This document shows positions 8,735-18,383 of a stretch of 64,000 nucleotides of DNA, one piece after another. The notes under the pieces were generated by a model. The model was not told the DNA's origin, ran no database searches, and worked only from the letters and a program-made list of their open reading frames with translations. The DNA lies in NCBI RefSeq assembly GCF_903933125.1, contig NZ_CAIZIZ010000366.1, positions 201 through 64,200 on the forward strand, given 5' to 3'. The position numbers and the translations under genes were made by a program. Positions within the stretch are counted from its first letter, which is position 1. The number at the start of each line of letters is the position of its first letter. Source of the stretch: an uncultured Lamprocystis sp. Its GTDB lineage: Bacteria; Pseudomonadota; Gammaproteobacteria; Chromatiales; Chromatiaceae.

Positions 8735-11006
8735 ATGATGCGATTTCGACTTGCCGGCATACTGGATGACGCCGGATGGCGCTTCGAGTTGTTCCGTAAG
8801 GGCGCTCTTCCCTTCGCCCGCGAGGCACCGGTCGCCCTACCCGATTGGCCGCAGGCCGCCCCATCGCATCCCGGCACAGCCCTGTTGTTGGCCCTGCTGG
8901 ATACGCAGGAGGCTCAGTGTGAGGGCGAGTCGCTGCGCCTGACCCACGATCGAGTCGCCGGCCTGAGCCGACCCGAGGCGGTCCGGCTCGGGCTGCCGCC
9001 GGTGGTTCCCTGGACGCTCTTTCTGTCGCACGACGCGCCCATCGGCGAACCCTCCTTCGCGTTGCGTGTCGAGTGGTTCCAACGCGGCGGAGCGCCCATC
9101 TTCGGGGCGCGCCGCACGGGCACGGGGCTGACGGTCACCGCCGGGCGCTTCCTGATCCTGGACCCGCTTTACTCGGCCCTGGAGGCAATCAATGCCGTGA
9201 ACGCGGCGAACGGCGACGCCTCGCCGGAAGGGTTGGATCGACGTATGACCGCCTATGCCCGCTTCAAGGGCTGTCTAACTCGACTCACCGGCGACCTGCG
9301 CGCCGATGAGTATCTGCGGGGGCTCACCATCCATCAGGCCACCGGGATCGGGATCGACCTGGAACCCGGCGATGAGGCGGCGCTCTTCCTGCCGACCCTT
9401 TACGGTGATCGCCCCGAGGATGCGGCGACCGCCGATCCGCAAGATCAAGGCCTACGAGACGCTGCGCGATTACCATCTTTCGTTCGGTAAGGTGCGATTC
9501 TCGGTGATCGTCTACGACGAGGTGCAGAAGCTCAAGAACCCGGCCTCGCTGATGAACCGGGGCGCCAAGGCTCAGCAAGGCAAATTCACGCTCTTGATGA
9601 CGGGCACCCCGATTGAGAATAGCCTGCTGGACCTTTGGACGCTGCTGGATATCGCCTGGCCGGGATTCCTGGGGTTGAGCGCGCGGGAGTTCCTGGCTCA
9701 CCATCGGGGCAACGACCCGGAGCGACGCGAGGAACTGAAGCTGCGCCTGGTCGAGCCCCCTGTTTTTTCGGGCCAGGTGACGCCAATTCCGGCCATTATG
9801 CTGCGCCGCTTCAAGCAGGACATTCTGGAGGGGCTACCCGAGCGGCGGATCGAGGCGACCCAAGACCTCATGCCCGCGGAGCAGCAGGCCGCCTACGACG
9901 CAGTGCGGACGGCAATCCGCGCGCGCCCCCAGGGTACGCTTGAGGGGCTGCAACAACTGCGGGCGATCTCGCTGCACCCGCGGCTTGGCCAGCCGCCCGA
10001 GTCCGCGGCGGAGGATGGGCCATTCATCGCCGCCTCGGCCCGGTTCACGCGCCTGTTCGTGATCCTGGACCGGGTTCATGCGCAGCGCGAAAAAGCCCTG
10101 ATTTTCGTGGAGCTACGAGAAGCCCAGCGGGCACTCTACGATTTGATCCGCCGTCGCTACAGCCTTCCCTCACCCCTTCCCGAAACGATCAACGGCGCCA
10201 CGGCGAGCCCGGTGCGCGACCGTATCCGGCGCGAGTTCCAGAGCCGGCGCGGCTTCGATGTGCTGCTCCTCGGCCCCAAGGCCGCGGGCTTCGGTCTCAC
10301 ACTCACGGCCGCCAATCACGTCATCCATCTCAACCGCTGGTGGAATCCGGCGGTAGAAGATCAGTGCAGTGACCGGGTCTATCGGATTGGCCAGAACAAA
10401 CCCGTGACCATCTATCTGCCCCAGGCGATTCACTCCGAGTTGGGCGACCGCTCGTTCGACAGCCTATTGCACGGGCTGCTGGATGAGAAACGGTCCTTAA
10501 GTCGGGAGATCGTGATCCCAGTGCAATTCAATGACCAGGACTTCCGCGCGCTGTTCGAGAAGAGTCTGAGTGATGGCGAAACCGATCCGACAATTGCTGA
10601 TCACATCGACGGCATGGATTGGCGGGGTTTCGAGTTATGGGTTGCCGGTGAGTTGAAGCGCGCCGGATTCAGCGTCGAGATCACGTCGGGGAGCGGAGAC
10701 GGCGGGGTGGATGTCATTGGAGTTCCGTGTAATATGGGAGGGCGCCCGCTGTTTGTCCAGTGCAAACACACGGGGAACGGAATAAAGGCGATGATTGACG
10801 AGCGCGCCGTGAATGACCTCGTGCGAGCGCGTGCGACTCACTGCCATACCTACCCCGATCCGATTCTAGCGGCAGTGACAAACGGCCGATTCTCTCTGGC
10901 GGCAGAGCGTCTTGCCTTAGAGAAATGCGTACGGCTGTTTGACTCGGCGCGTTTGCCGACGCTGGGACGGGTCTTGGTCGAACTCAGTGATGGGGCGGCT
11001 CGATAA
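8735..11006 (+). pseudogene. SNF2-family helicase fused to an Mrr-type restriction endonuclease domain, inactivated by internal deletion/frameshift near nt 9430-9445
   Basis: ORF 8735-9490 is an N-terminal domain. ORF 9306-11006 in another frame picks up at IKAYETLRDY...VIVYDEVQKLKNP (motif II), TGTPIENSL (III), helicase-C motifs (QCSDRVYRIGQ) and Mrr_cat (GDGGVDVIGV...LFVQCKH). Walker A / motif I is absent. Confidence 0.75.
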
Positions 11007-11219
11007 ACGGAGTTGGTAGCGTGCCCAACGGCCAGCAGTTCCAGGGCCGGGCGACTTTCCAAGTCGACTTTGACCATTCTAGCCCACCTTTAACATAACC
11101 CCATTGATAAACACCCACAGATGGTACCTAACCATCTGATCCGTATGTACACACCTGCCGAAAATCGCAATGACGGCTTGGCGCGGCCACGCACCCGGAT
11201 TCGTTGTTTGGGGTTGCTG

Positions 11220-12272
11220 CTAACGCGGCTTGGTACCCCGCACCGCGGGCGGTATAACGAGATGATCCGTCACCGCATTGCGGCGCAGGCGCTCCGGGGT
11301 CGCCGCCTTGGACAGTGAGGTCAGGGCGACAAACCAGGCCTTGGGCATGTCGGTGGGCAGGCCGATGGGAATGCCGGCAATGCTGGGGGTGTCGGCAAAG
11401 GCGTGGCCGGGCTCCTCGAATTCGGGGGCGGTGCAGTTGATGCACGCATAGCCGCCGCGGGTGCAGGAGCCCTGTCCATTCCAGAGTCGGGTGTTGCAGT
11501 CGCCATGCGCCTGGGTGCCCAGGCAGCCCAGGTGCTCCATCATGCAGCCCAGGTCGGAGTGGCTGCGGGCGCTCGCCTTGTACTCGTAGAACTCGTTGCG
11601 GGTACAGCCGTGATGGACCAGTTGGTCCGCAGACATCCGCGGTCGGCGGTAGGGGTCCAGGTCGTCCGCGGTCAGGCCGTCCAAGGCCAGGGCCATGAGC
11701 GTCTCGGTGACCCAGTTGGGGTGGGTGGGACAGCCGGCGACATTGATCACGGGCAGGCCGGATCCCGCGCGGTAGTCCGTCCCCAGCAGGCCGCCCGGAC
11801 GGGTGCCCTCGTATTGCAGACCGCAGGCGTCGGTGGGGTTGCTGCCGGCGGCCGTCACCCCGCCGAAGGCGGCACAGGTGCCCACCGCGACGGTATAGCG
11901 GGCGCGGGCGGCGAGCTGCCGCACCCAATCGATCAGCGGCCGGTCACTCCCCGCCAGTACATGGAAGCGGCCGGTACCCCGCGGCCCGCGGAGCATGGCG
12001 CCTTCAACGCATAACACGTCGAATGCCAGGGTGCCGCTGATCGCGCCATCCAGCAAGTCCAACACCTCCTCGCCGCTCGCTTCGCTCAAGGACGGGTGCC
12101 AGAGCAAGCGGATGCCCGCGCCGTCGAGCGTGGCAGTCAGGTCCGGTGATTCGGCGCCCAGCAGCGACAATGTGCAGCCGCCGCAGCCGCCGGACTGGAG
12201 CCAGAGGACCGCGAGCTTGGGTGTCATGGGGTTGGTGTCAGGTTTGGGCATCGTGTCAGTATTGTCCGTCAT
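11220..12272 (-). CDS. hupU: [NiFe] regulatory (H2-sensing) hydrogenase small subunit, HupU-like; no Tat signal
   Basis: LWLQSGGCGGCTLSLL, VEGAMLRGPRGTGRFH, GTCAAFGG, INVAGCPTHPNW, HHGCTRNEFYEYKA, CLGTQAHGDCNTRLWNG.GSCTRGGYACINC and DMPKAWFVAL are FeS-cluster ligand blocks of group-2 small subunits. No RRxF twin-arginine leader. Confidence 0.85.
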   Translation of the reverse strand: MTDNTDTMPKPDTNPMTPKLAVLWLQSGGCGGCTLSLLGAESPDLTATLDGAGIRLLWHPSLSEASGEEVLDLLDGAISGTLAFDVLCVEGAMLRGPRGTGRFHVLAGSDRPLIDWVRQLAARARYTVAVGTCAAFGGVTAAGSNPTDACGLQYEGTRPGGLLGTDYRAGSGLPVINVAGCPTHPNWVTETLMALALDGLTADDLDPYRRPRMSADQLVHHGCTRNEFYEYKASARSHSDLGCMMEHLGCLGTQAHGDCNTRLWNGQGSCTRGGYACINCTAPEFEEPGHAFADTPSIAGIPIGLPTDMPKAWFVALTSLSKAATPERLRRNAVTDHLVIPPAVRGTKPR

Positions 12273-12416
12273 TGAACGCGAATAAACTGGTAATACGTCA
12301 GTGTTGGAGTTGACCGTCAAGGCGGAAGCCTTGGATTGCAGCCGGTCGGCGCCTCGGCTGGCCGGAACCCTGACCAAGGCCTTCGCATTGTCGCCAACAG
12401 TTTGCCCGAGGCTGTC

Positions 12417-13613
12417 ATGCAGGTTCGTCCATCGCTCTTCCTGACGCTGGGGTTACTCTCCGGGTTGACCCCCTTTGCGATTGATATGTATCTGCCGAGT
12501 CTGCCGGCCATCGCGCGCGACCTGGGCTCGAGCATGGAACTGGCGCAACTGAGCGTGACCGTCTATCTGGCGGTCTTTGCGCTGTCGCAGTTGTTTCTGG
12601 GGCCGCTGTCGGATGTGCTCGGCCGACGTGCGACCATCGGCGGCGGGCTGGCGCTGTTTTGCGCCGGGACCTTGGGCTGCGCGCTGGCCGGTGAGATGGG
12701 GGTCCTGTTGCCGGCGCGTGCGCTCCAGGCATTGGGCGGGGCGGCAATCGCGGTGACGGTACCGGCCTTGGTGCGCGATCTGTTCGAGCGTGACCGGTAT
12801 GCGCGCGTGATGAGTCTGGTGATGTTGGTGACGGCGCTGGCACCGCTGCTGGCGCCGACCATCGGCGGGGTCATCGTGGAGTATGGGAGTTGGCACTGGG
12901 TCTTCGCCGTGCTGCTCGCCATCGCGTTGGCGGCAAGCGCACTCTTTTTCCACCTGATTCCGGAGACCCTGCCCAGGGCGCGCCGCCATCCGCCTGAACT
13001 GCAACGCGTCCTGCGCAACTATCTGCTGCTCGCGCGCCATCGGGTGGGGATGGGCTACCTGCTCACCGGTGCCTGCTCATTCGGCGGGATGATGACTTAC
13101 ATTGTCGGTTCCCCGTTCGTCTATATCGAACTGCACGGGGTGCCGACCGCCTGGTTCGGGGTCTATTTCGGCGCGAACGTCGGCCTGGCTATCCTGGTGA
13201 CCAGTGTCAACGCCCGGTTGGTCACGCGGCTGGGGGCGCAGCGTCTGCTGCGCTGGGGGCTGGGGGTACAGGTCGGCGCCGCGTCATTGCTGGGCGCGCT
13301 CGCCATCTGGGAAGCGCCCCCGCTGTGGGCGATCGTGCTCGCGACCCTGGCCTATCTGGGGATGGCGGGGGTGGTGCTCGGTAACTCCATGGCCGGATTC
13401 ATGGCGCACTTTCCGCGGATGGCCGGAACGGCTTCGGCCTTCTCGGGCGCGGCACGCTTCGGTTTGGGTGCGGCGGTCGGATCGCTGGTCAGCCTGGCCC
13501 ATAACGGCACCGCGGTGCCCATGCTGCTCGGCATGGCGTTCTGCGGGTTGGCCGCGGGCGCGAGCTATCGACTGTGGTGCTGTGCCGAGTCGGTAAGTTC
13601 CGACGCGGTTTGA
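12417..13613 (+). CDS. bcr: MFS efflux transporter, Bcr/CflA family
   Basis: LTPFAIDMYLPSLPAIARDLG...LFLGPLSDVLGRR signature. 12-TM-like hydrophobic profile. Confidence 0.85.
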   Translation: MQVRPSLFLTLGLLSGLTPFAIDMYLPSLPAIARDLGSSMELAQLSVTVYLAVFALSQLFLGPLSDVLGRRATIGGGLALFCAGTLGCALAGEMGVLLPARALQALGGAAIAVTVPALVRDLFERDRYARVMSLVMLVTALAPLLAPTIGGVIVEYGSWHWVFAVLLAIALAASALFFHLIPETLPRARRHPPELQRVLRNYLLLARHRVGMGYLLTGACSFGGMMTYIVGSPFVYIELHGVPTAWFGVYFGANVGLAILVTSVNARLVTRLGAQRLLRWGLGVQVGAASLLGALAIWEAPPLWAIVLATLAYLGMAGVVLGNSMAGFMAHFPRMAGTASAFSGAARFGLGAAVGSLVSLAHNGTAVPMLLGMAFCGLAAGASYRLWCCAESVSSDAV

Positions 13614-15199
13614 ATCGCTCGTCCCTGGTCGAAATAGCGTTGCAGGAAGGTGTCGAAGTCCAGGTCGTCAGCCGCCTCGATTTCGCTCTGGCGGCAGATG
13701 GACTCTGCCGCCAGATCCCGGAACAGGGCCTCCCGTTCCGGACTCAGGGTGCGCACCGCGAGGGTGTCCCGATGGGCGGCGGAAACCCGCCGGGCGAAAT
13801 CGAAGAATCCTTCGCCGTTCGCCCGCATGTCGGCCAACATGCGCGCCGAGGGGGTCGCATCGGGGTCACGCACTTTTTCACGCTGGGCCAGCAGGCTCAG
13901 GCCACGCGGACCGTCGGCCGCACCGTCGAGCAATTCGGCGACCGGTCCCATGGCTTCCAGGATCTCCCCCGCCCACTGCCGCAATTCAATCGCCTGACCG
14001 TCCCGGTTCAGCGTGAGCCCGGGTTGACGCCCGCGATGGGCGGTGACGACCTGATTGTCATCAATCGCCCGCCGCTCGGTGGCGCCAATGCGCGGGCTGT
14101 CCGCGAGCAGGCAATAGAGCATCAGGGTCTCCAGGACCAGGAGCTGCTCGGCGCCTACCCCGATGGGCTCGTAGGCGTTCACGTCCAGTGAGCGCAATTC
14201 GACATAGCGGACACCGCGCCGACGCAGGGCCAGGGTCGGCTTTTCCAGCCAGTCGATAATCTGCTTGGGTCGGACGGTACTGTAATATTCATTCTCGATC
14301 TGCAGGACCGCGGCGCTGAGTTGCTCGTAGCGCCCGCCGACTTTGACCCCGATCTGTTCGTACTGCGGACAGGGCGTCTCGATCGCCCAGGTGAGGCTGC
14401 GAATGAAGGCATCCAGGCTGTCGTAGCTGGCCTTCATGCCGGTGCCCTGCTCCTTCTGGTTCTGGTAACCGATGTCCCCCATGCGTAGCGAGGTCGCATA
14501 GGGATCATAAAAGGTCTGGGCGTCGAACGGGATCAGGTTGGTCTCCCGGCCCTGGAGAAAGCTGCCGCATACGGCCGGCGAGGCACCGAACAGATAGGGC
14601 ACCAGCCAGCCGATGCGCTGGAGGTTGCGGATCATGTCGATATAGGACTCGGAGCGGAATGACCCGAGCGGACCGGTGTCACCCTCCTGATCCTGATAGA
14701 GACGCCAGAAGTCGTCGCCGAAGGAGAAATTGAAATGCACCCCGGCGATCACCTGCATGGTGCGTCCGTAGCGGTTGCCCAGGCCGCGGCGGTAGACCGT
14801 TTTCATGGTCGCGGCGTTGGATGACCCGTAGCGGGCCAAGGGAATTTTGCTCTCCCCCGGGATCACGCACGGCATGCTCGTGCCCCACAGGAGTTCATCA
14901 CCCAGGTGTCGGTAGACCAGCGTATGGATATCGGCCAGGAAATCCAGCACCGCCTGTTGCTCACCCAGGGCCGGGGTGACCAACTCGATCAGTGCCTCGG
15001 AGAAATCGGTGGTGATGTGCGGATGGGTCAGGGGCGACCCCAGCAGGCTCGGGTGCGGAGTCGCCGCGATCTGTCCCGCGGGCGAGACCCGCAGGGATTC
15101 CTTTTCCAGCCCGATGCGATTGCCGGCAAAGCAATCGAGCGGGCGGGCGTGCTCCAGCGCCCGCAGGCGCCGGTCGAAGGTTACTGAATGCGAATCCAT
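13565..15199 (-). CDS. gshA: glutamate--cysteine ligase
   Basis: GLEKESLRV, LGSPLTHPHITTDFSEALIELVTP, YGSSNAATMKTVYRRGLGNRYG and GVHFNFS match type-1 GshA throughout. Confidence 0.95.
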   Translation of the reverse strand: MDSHSVTFDRRLRALEHARPLDCFAGNRIGLEKESLRVSPAGQIAATPHPSLLGSPLTHPHITTDFSEALIELVTPALGEQQAVLDFLADIHTLVYRHLGDELLWGTSMPCVIPGESKIPLARYGSSNAATMKTVYRRGLGNRYGRTMQVIAGVHFNFSFGDDFWRLYQDQEGDTGPLGSFRSESYIDMIRNLQRIGWLVPYLFGASPAVCGSFLQGRETNLIPFDAQTFYDPYATSLRMGDIGYQNQKEQGTGMKASYDSLDAFIRSLTWAIETPCPQYEQIGVKVGGRYEQLSAAVLQIENEYYSTVRPKQIIDWLEKPTLALRRRGVRYVELRSLDVNAYEPIGVGAEQLLVLETLMLYCLLADSPRIGATERRAIDDNQVVTAHRGRQPGLTLNRDGQAIELRQWAGEILEAMGPVAELLDGAADGPRGLSLLAQREKVRDPDATPSARMLADMRANGEGFFDFARRVSAAHRDTLAVRTLSPEREALFRDLAAESICRQSEIEAADDLDFDTFLQRYFDQGRAIQTASELTDSAQHHSR

Positions 15200-15240
15200 G
15201 GGTCAGTCCCGGTCGGTCTTCATTACAGGCGTCCAAAGCG

Positions 15241-15320
15241 ATACCCGGATGTAGGGGCGGGTTTCAAACCCGCCCCAACACCAAGGCCATGTCTGGATAT
15301 CAGGTGCGAAAGCGATAGCG
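15241..15320 (+). repeat. REP-like composite element, copy 1 (GC hairpin GGGGCGGGTTT/AAACCCGCCCC plus conserved tail)
   Basis: Near-identical to 25438-25514. Hairpin at 15254-15276, tail GTCTGGATATCAGGTGCGAAAGCGATAGCG. Intergenic between prc stop and gshA start. Confidence 0.7.
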
Positions 15321-15366
15321 TTTCTTGACCGGGACACGGCGGTCCGGTCGGTTGCGGTTCAGTGGA

Positions 15367-17466
15367 TCAGTGGCTCATGGCCGCCCGCGGCCGGTTGGCG
15401 CTTTCCGACAGGATCCCGTCTGCCAAGATGCGCGCGGCCTCTTCGGCCTGGATGCGGCCGATGGCATCGCGTTGCGCGTCAAGCGCATCCTCATCGATCT
15501 GGTCTGCATCCTCATCCACCGGTTTGATCCCGCGAGCGCGCAGGAACCGATCCTGTTCATCCTTGAACGCCGCCTGGCGCGCTTTGTCCGCGGCGCGTCG
15601 CTCGGATTCGCGCAACGACAACTGGGTCTCTTCCTTGACTTCACGCACGACCTGGCTGCGCCGTTCCAGCATCTTGAACCCCGGGTCTTGGTTGATCCGT
15701 TGAACCGACTGGCGAGTCAACCCGGTGGCATCGGTGGTACCGACGCGGCGGTAGTCGGCCGCGTCGATCCGCGCCCAGGGCAGCGGGTTGTCGAGTGCCC
15801 GCTCGCCGTGATCGGTGGCGTCGTCCTTGGACGGGAAATGCACATCCGGCTCCACGCCCTTCAATTGCGTGCTGCCGCCGCTCACCCGGAAGAACTCGGC
15901 CATCGTCAGCCGCAGCCGACCCAGGTCGGCCTGATCGCCGGGCACGTAGCGGTTGAGATCCACCAGTGTCTGCACCGTGCCCTTACCAAAGGTCGGCTCG
16001 CCGATGACCAGACCGCGGCCGTAGTCCTGGATGGCACCAGCGAAGATCTCGGAGGCTGAGGCGCTGTCCCGGTCCACCAACACGGCCAGGGGTCCGGAAT
16101 AGGCCACCCCCGGGTCCGAATCGCGTTCGACTTCAACCTTGCCGAACGCGTCTTTGACTTGCACCACCGGCCCGGTGTCGATGAAGAGTCCGGTCAGGGA
16201 CGTCGCCTCCGCCAGTGAGCCGCCGCCGTTGCCGCGCAGGTCGATCACGATCCCATCCACGTTCTGCGCCGCCAGCTTCTTGAGCAGTTCGCGCACATCG
16301 CGGGTGGTGCTGCGGAAATCGCGCTTGCCCTCGCTTTCGGCCTCGAAGTCACGATAGAAGGCCGGCAACTCGATCACCCCGATCTTGAGCCCGGGCGCAT
16401 TGGGCAGTTGCTCAATGAGATAGTCCTTGGCGGCTTGATCTTCGAGCTTGATCTCGTTGCGGACCAGGGGGACCTCACGGGTCTTGCCGTCGCTGGCGCC
16501 TGATTCGGGCAGCAGTTGCAGTCGCACCACGGAGCCCTTGGGGCCGCGGATCTTGTCGACCACATCCTGCAGCCGCCAGCCGACCACGTCCTCGATCTTC
16601 CCGTCCAGCCCCTGACCGACCCCCAGGATGCGGTCTCCCGATGACACCTGACCAGAATCGCGCGCGGGGCCGCCGGGAATGGTGCGCTGGATGACCGTGA
16701 ACTCGTTATCCGAACGCAAGACCGCGCCGATGCCCTCCAGCGACAGTTTCATGCTGATGTCGAAATTCTCCGAGGTGGCCGGTGACATATAGCTGGTGTG
16801 CGGCTCCAGGGTCTCGGTGTAGGCATTCATGAAGGCCTGAAACACGTCGTCACCGGTGAATTGCTGCACCCGCCGGGCCAGGCCGTCGTAGCGCTGCCGC
16901 AGCCGCTCGCGGATGTCCGCATCCGCCTTGCCGGCGATGCGCAGGCTCAGGAAGTCGTTCTTGACCCGCAGCCGCCAGATCTCGTCCAGCTCCTTGTCGG
17001 TCTTGGCCCAGGGCGCCTTTTCGCGGTCGAACGCATAGGATTCGGCGACGTTGAAATCGAAATCACTGCTCAACAACGTCAGGGCATAGGCCACCCGCTC
17101 ATCCACCCGCATGCGGTAGACCCGGAAGATGTCGAAGGCGCTGTCCAGCTCGCCGCGGCGCAGGTTGTCATCAAGCCGCCGGGCGCCGGTGCTGAAACGC
17201 TCCACGTCGCGCGCGAGGAAGAACGAGCGGCTCGGGTCGAGGGCGGCCAGGTAATTGTCCAGGATGGTCCGCGCAAAGGCGTCGTCGAACGCGACTTTGC
17301 GATAGTGATACCGCTCCAGGACTTTGTTGATGACGATGGCCGTTTTGGCCTGAGTCTGGGTGGGGAAAAGTTCGGACAGCGGCACCTGACGCGGTGACGC
17401 AACCGCCACCCAGGCGCCGAAGGTGAGTAACGCGGCGGTCGCGACGAGGGTTAAGCGGAGTCTCAT
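15367..17466 (-). CDS. prc: carboxy-terminal processing (tail-specific) protease, S41 family
   Basis: Signal-like N-terminus MRLRLTLVATAALLTFGAWVAVA, PDZ region, GPLAVLVDRDSASASEIFAGA and TFGKGTVQ catalytic blocks. Start moved to internal ATG 17466. Confidence 0.9.
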   Translation of the reverse strand: MRLRLTLVATAALLTFGAWVAVASPRQVPLSELFPTQTQAKTAIVINKVLERYHYRKVAFDDAFARTILDNYLAALDPSRSFFLARDVERFSTGARRLDDNLRRGELDSAFDIFRVYRMRVDERVAYALTLLSSDFDFNVAESYAFDREKAPWAKTDKELDEIWRLRVKNDFLSLRIAGKADADIRERLRQRYDGLARRVQQFTGDDVFQAFMNAYTETLEPHTSYMSPATSENFDISMKLSLEGIGAVLRSDNEFTVIQRTIPGGPARDSGQVSSGDRILGVGQGLDGKIEDVVGWRLQDVVDKIRGPKGSVVRLQLLPESGASDGKTREVPLVRNEIKLEDQAAKDYLIEQLPNAPGLKIGVIELPAFYRDFEAESEGKRDFRSTTRDVRELLKKLAAQNVDGIVIDLRGNGGGSLAEATSLTGLFIDTGPVVQVKDAFGKVEVERDSDPGVAYSGPLAVLVDRDSASASEIFAGAIQDYGRGLVIGEPTFGKGTVQTLVDLNRYVPGDQADLGRLRLTMAEFFRVSGGSTQLKGVEPDVHFPSKDDATDHGERALDNPLPWARIDAADYRRVGTTDATGLTRQSVQRINQDPGFKMLERRSQVVREVKEETQLSLRESERRAADKARQAAFKDEQDRFLRARGIKPVDEDADQIDEDALDAQRDAIGRIQAEEAARILADGILSESANRPRAAMSH

Positions 17467-17835
17467 GACGATACTCGGTACCAATAATTGGGGTGATATC
17501 AATTGGAACATCAACTGGATGGAATCGATCAAGCCGGCACCTGGTTCGGGGACGACTGGCGCACCCAGGAACCACGGCAAGCGCCCGGCGGCGGTTCGTG
17601 GCGATCACAGGCCCGCTGATGCCCTGGTGCCCTAATCAGCGAAGCGGCCCATACGCTCAGCTTAGAGGCTGAGCAGCTTTGTTTCAACGACTTAGATAGA
17701 ATGTTGCGGGAAATTAACGCGTCGGGTCGCGTTCGGGGTCCAGCACCGGGGGCGGCGCACTCGGACCGGGCACGAATCGGGATGGCGACCATGGGTACTC
17801 CAGCGACTGACACTACTACGCGCGCGTTTTTGTCG

Positions 17836-18354
17836 TCAATTGGCCAGCTTGCCTTTTTGGTACACCCGGCGCCGATAAAGATCGGTGCGCCGGCTCACCA
17901 CCCGATCGACGAAGAGCAGCCCATCCAGGTGATCGAGTTCGTGCTGGACGGCACGTGCCTCAAACCCCTCCATCACGAACTCCAGCGGGTCGCCCTCAGG
18001 GCCCTGCGCCTTGAGTTGGAGGCGTGTGGCGCGGATGACGTTGCCGGTATAGTCAGGAACCGAGAGACATCCCTCCCGTCCGATTTCGAACCCCTCCCAG
18101 TGAGCGATTTCCGGGTTGATCAGCACCAGATGACCGTGATTCGCAGTTTTGGGTCGGCCCGAGCAGTCGACGATGATGATCCGCTGGTGTCGCCCGACCT
18201 GGGGCGCCGCGATTCCCACCGCGGCCGGACCCGCACGGCGCGTCTCTTCCAGTGCGTCGATGAATGCCAGCAGTTCCTGATCGAAGTGGACGACCGCAAC
18301 GGATGGCTGCTTCAGCCGCTCGTCCGGTAAGGTGAGGATGTTGAGGATCGCCAT
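17836..18354 (-). CDS. def: peptide deformylase
   Basis: GIAAPQVG, EGCLSVP and QHELDHLDG are the three deformylase motifs. The listed 247-aa ORF has a spurious N-terminal extension. Confidence 0.9.
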   Translation of the reverse strand: MAILNILTLPDERLKQPSVAVVHFDQELLAFIDALEETRRAGPAAVGIAAPQVGRHQRIIIVDCSGRPKTANHGHLVLINPEIAHWEGFEIGREGCLSVPDYTGNVIRATRLQLKAQGPEGDPLEFVMEGFEARAVQHELDHLDGLLFVDRVVSRRTDLYRRRVYQKGKLAN

Positions 18355-18383
18355 GGGTTCGCGTCGCGGTGTCGAATCGGGGG

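Noticed and set aside
11128-11928. 266-aa minus-strand ORF overlapping hupU in another frame
   Set aside because: The hupU frame carries all FeS-ligand motifs. The alternative frame is Pro/Arg/Gly-rich noise.
17467-17835. 369-bp intergenic region between def and prc checked for 6S or other ncRNA and for a terminator (CTCAGC-ttagag-GCTGAG hairpin near 17655-17672)
   Set aside because: No resemblance to RNA families I can recall. The hairpin's T-run is on the strand with no upstream gene. Too weak to call.
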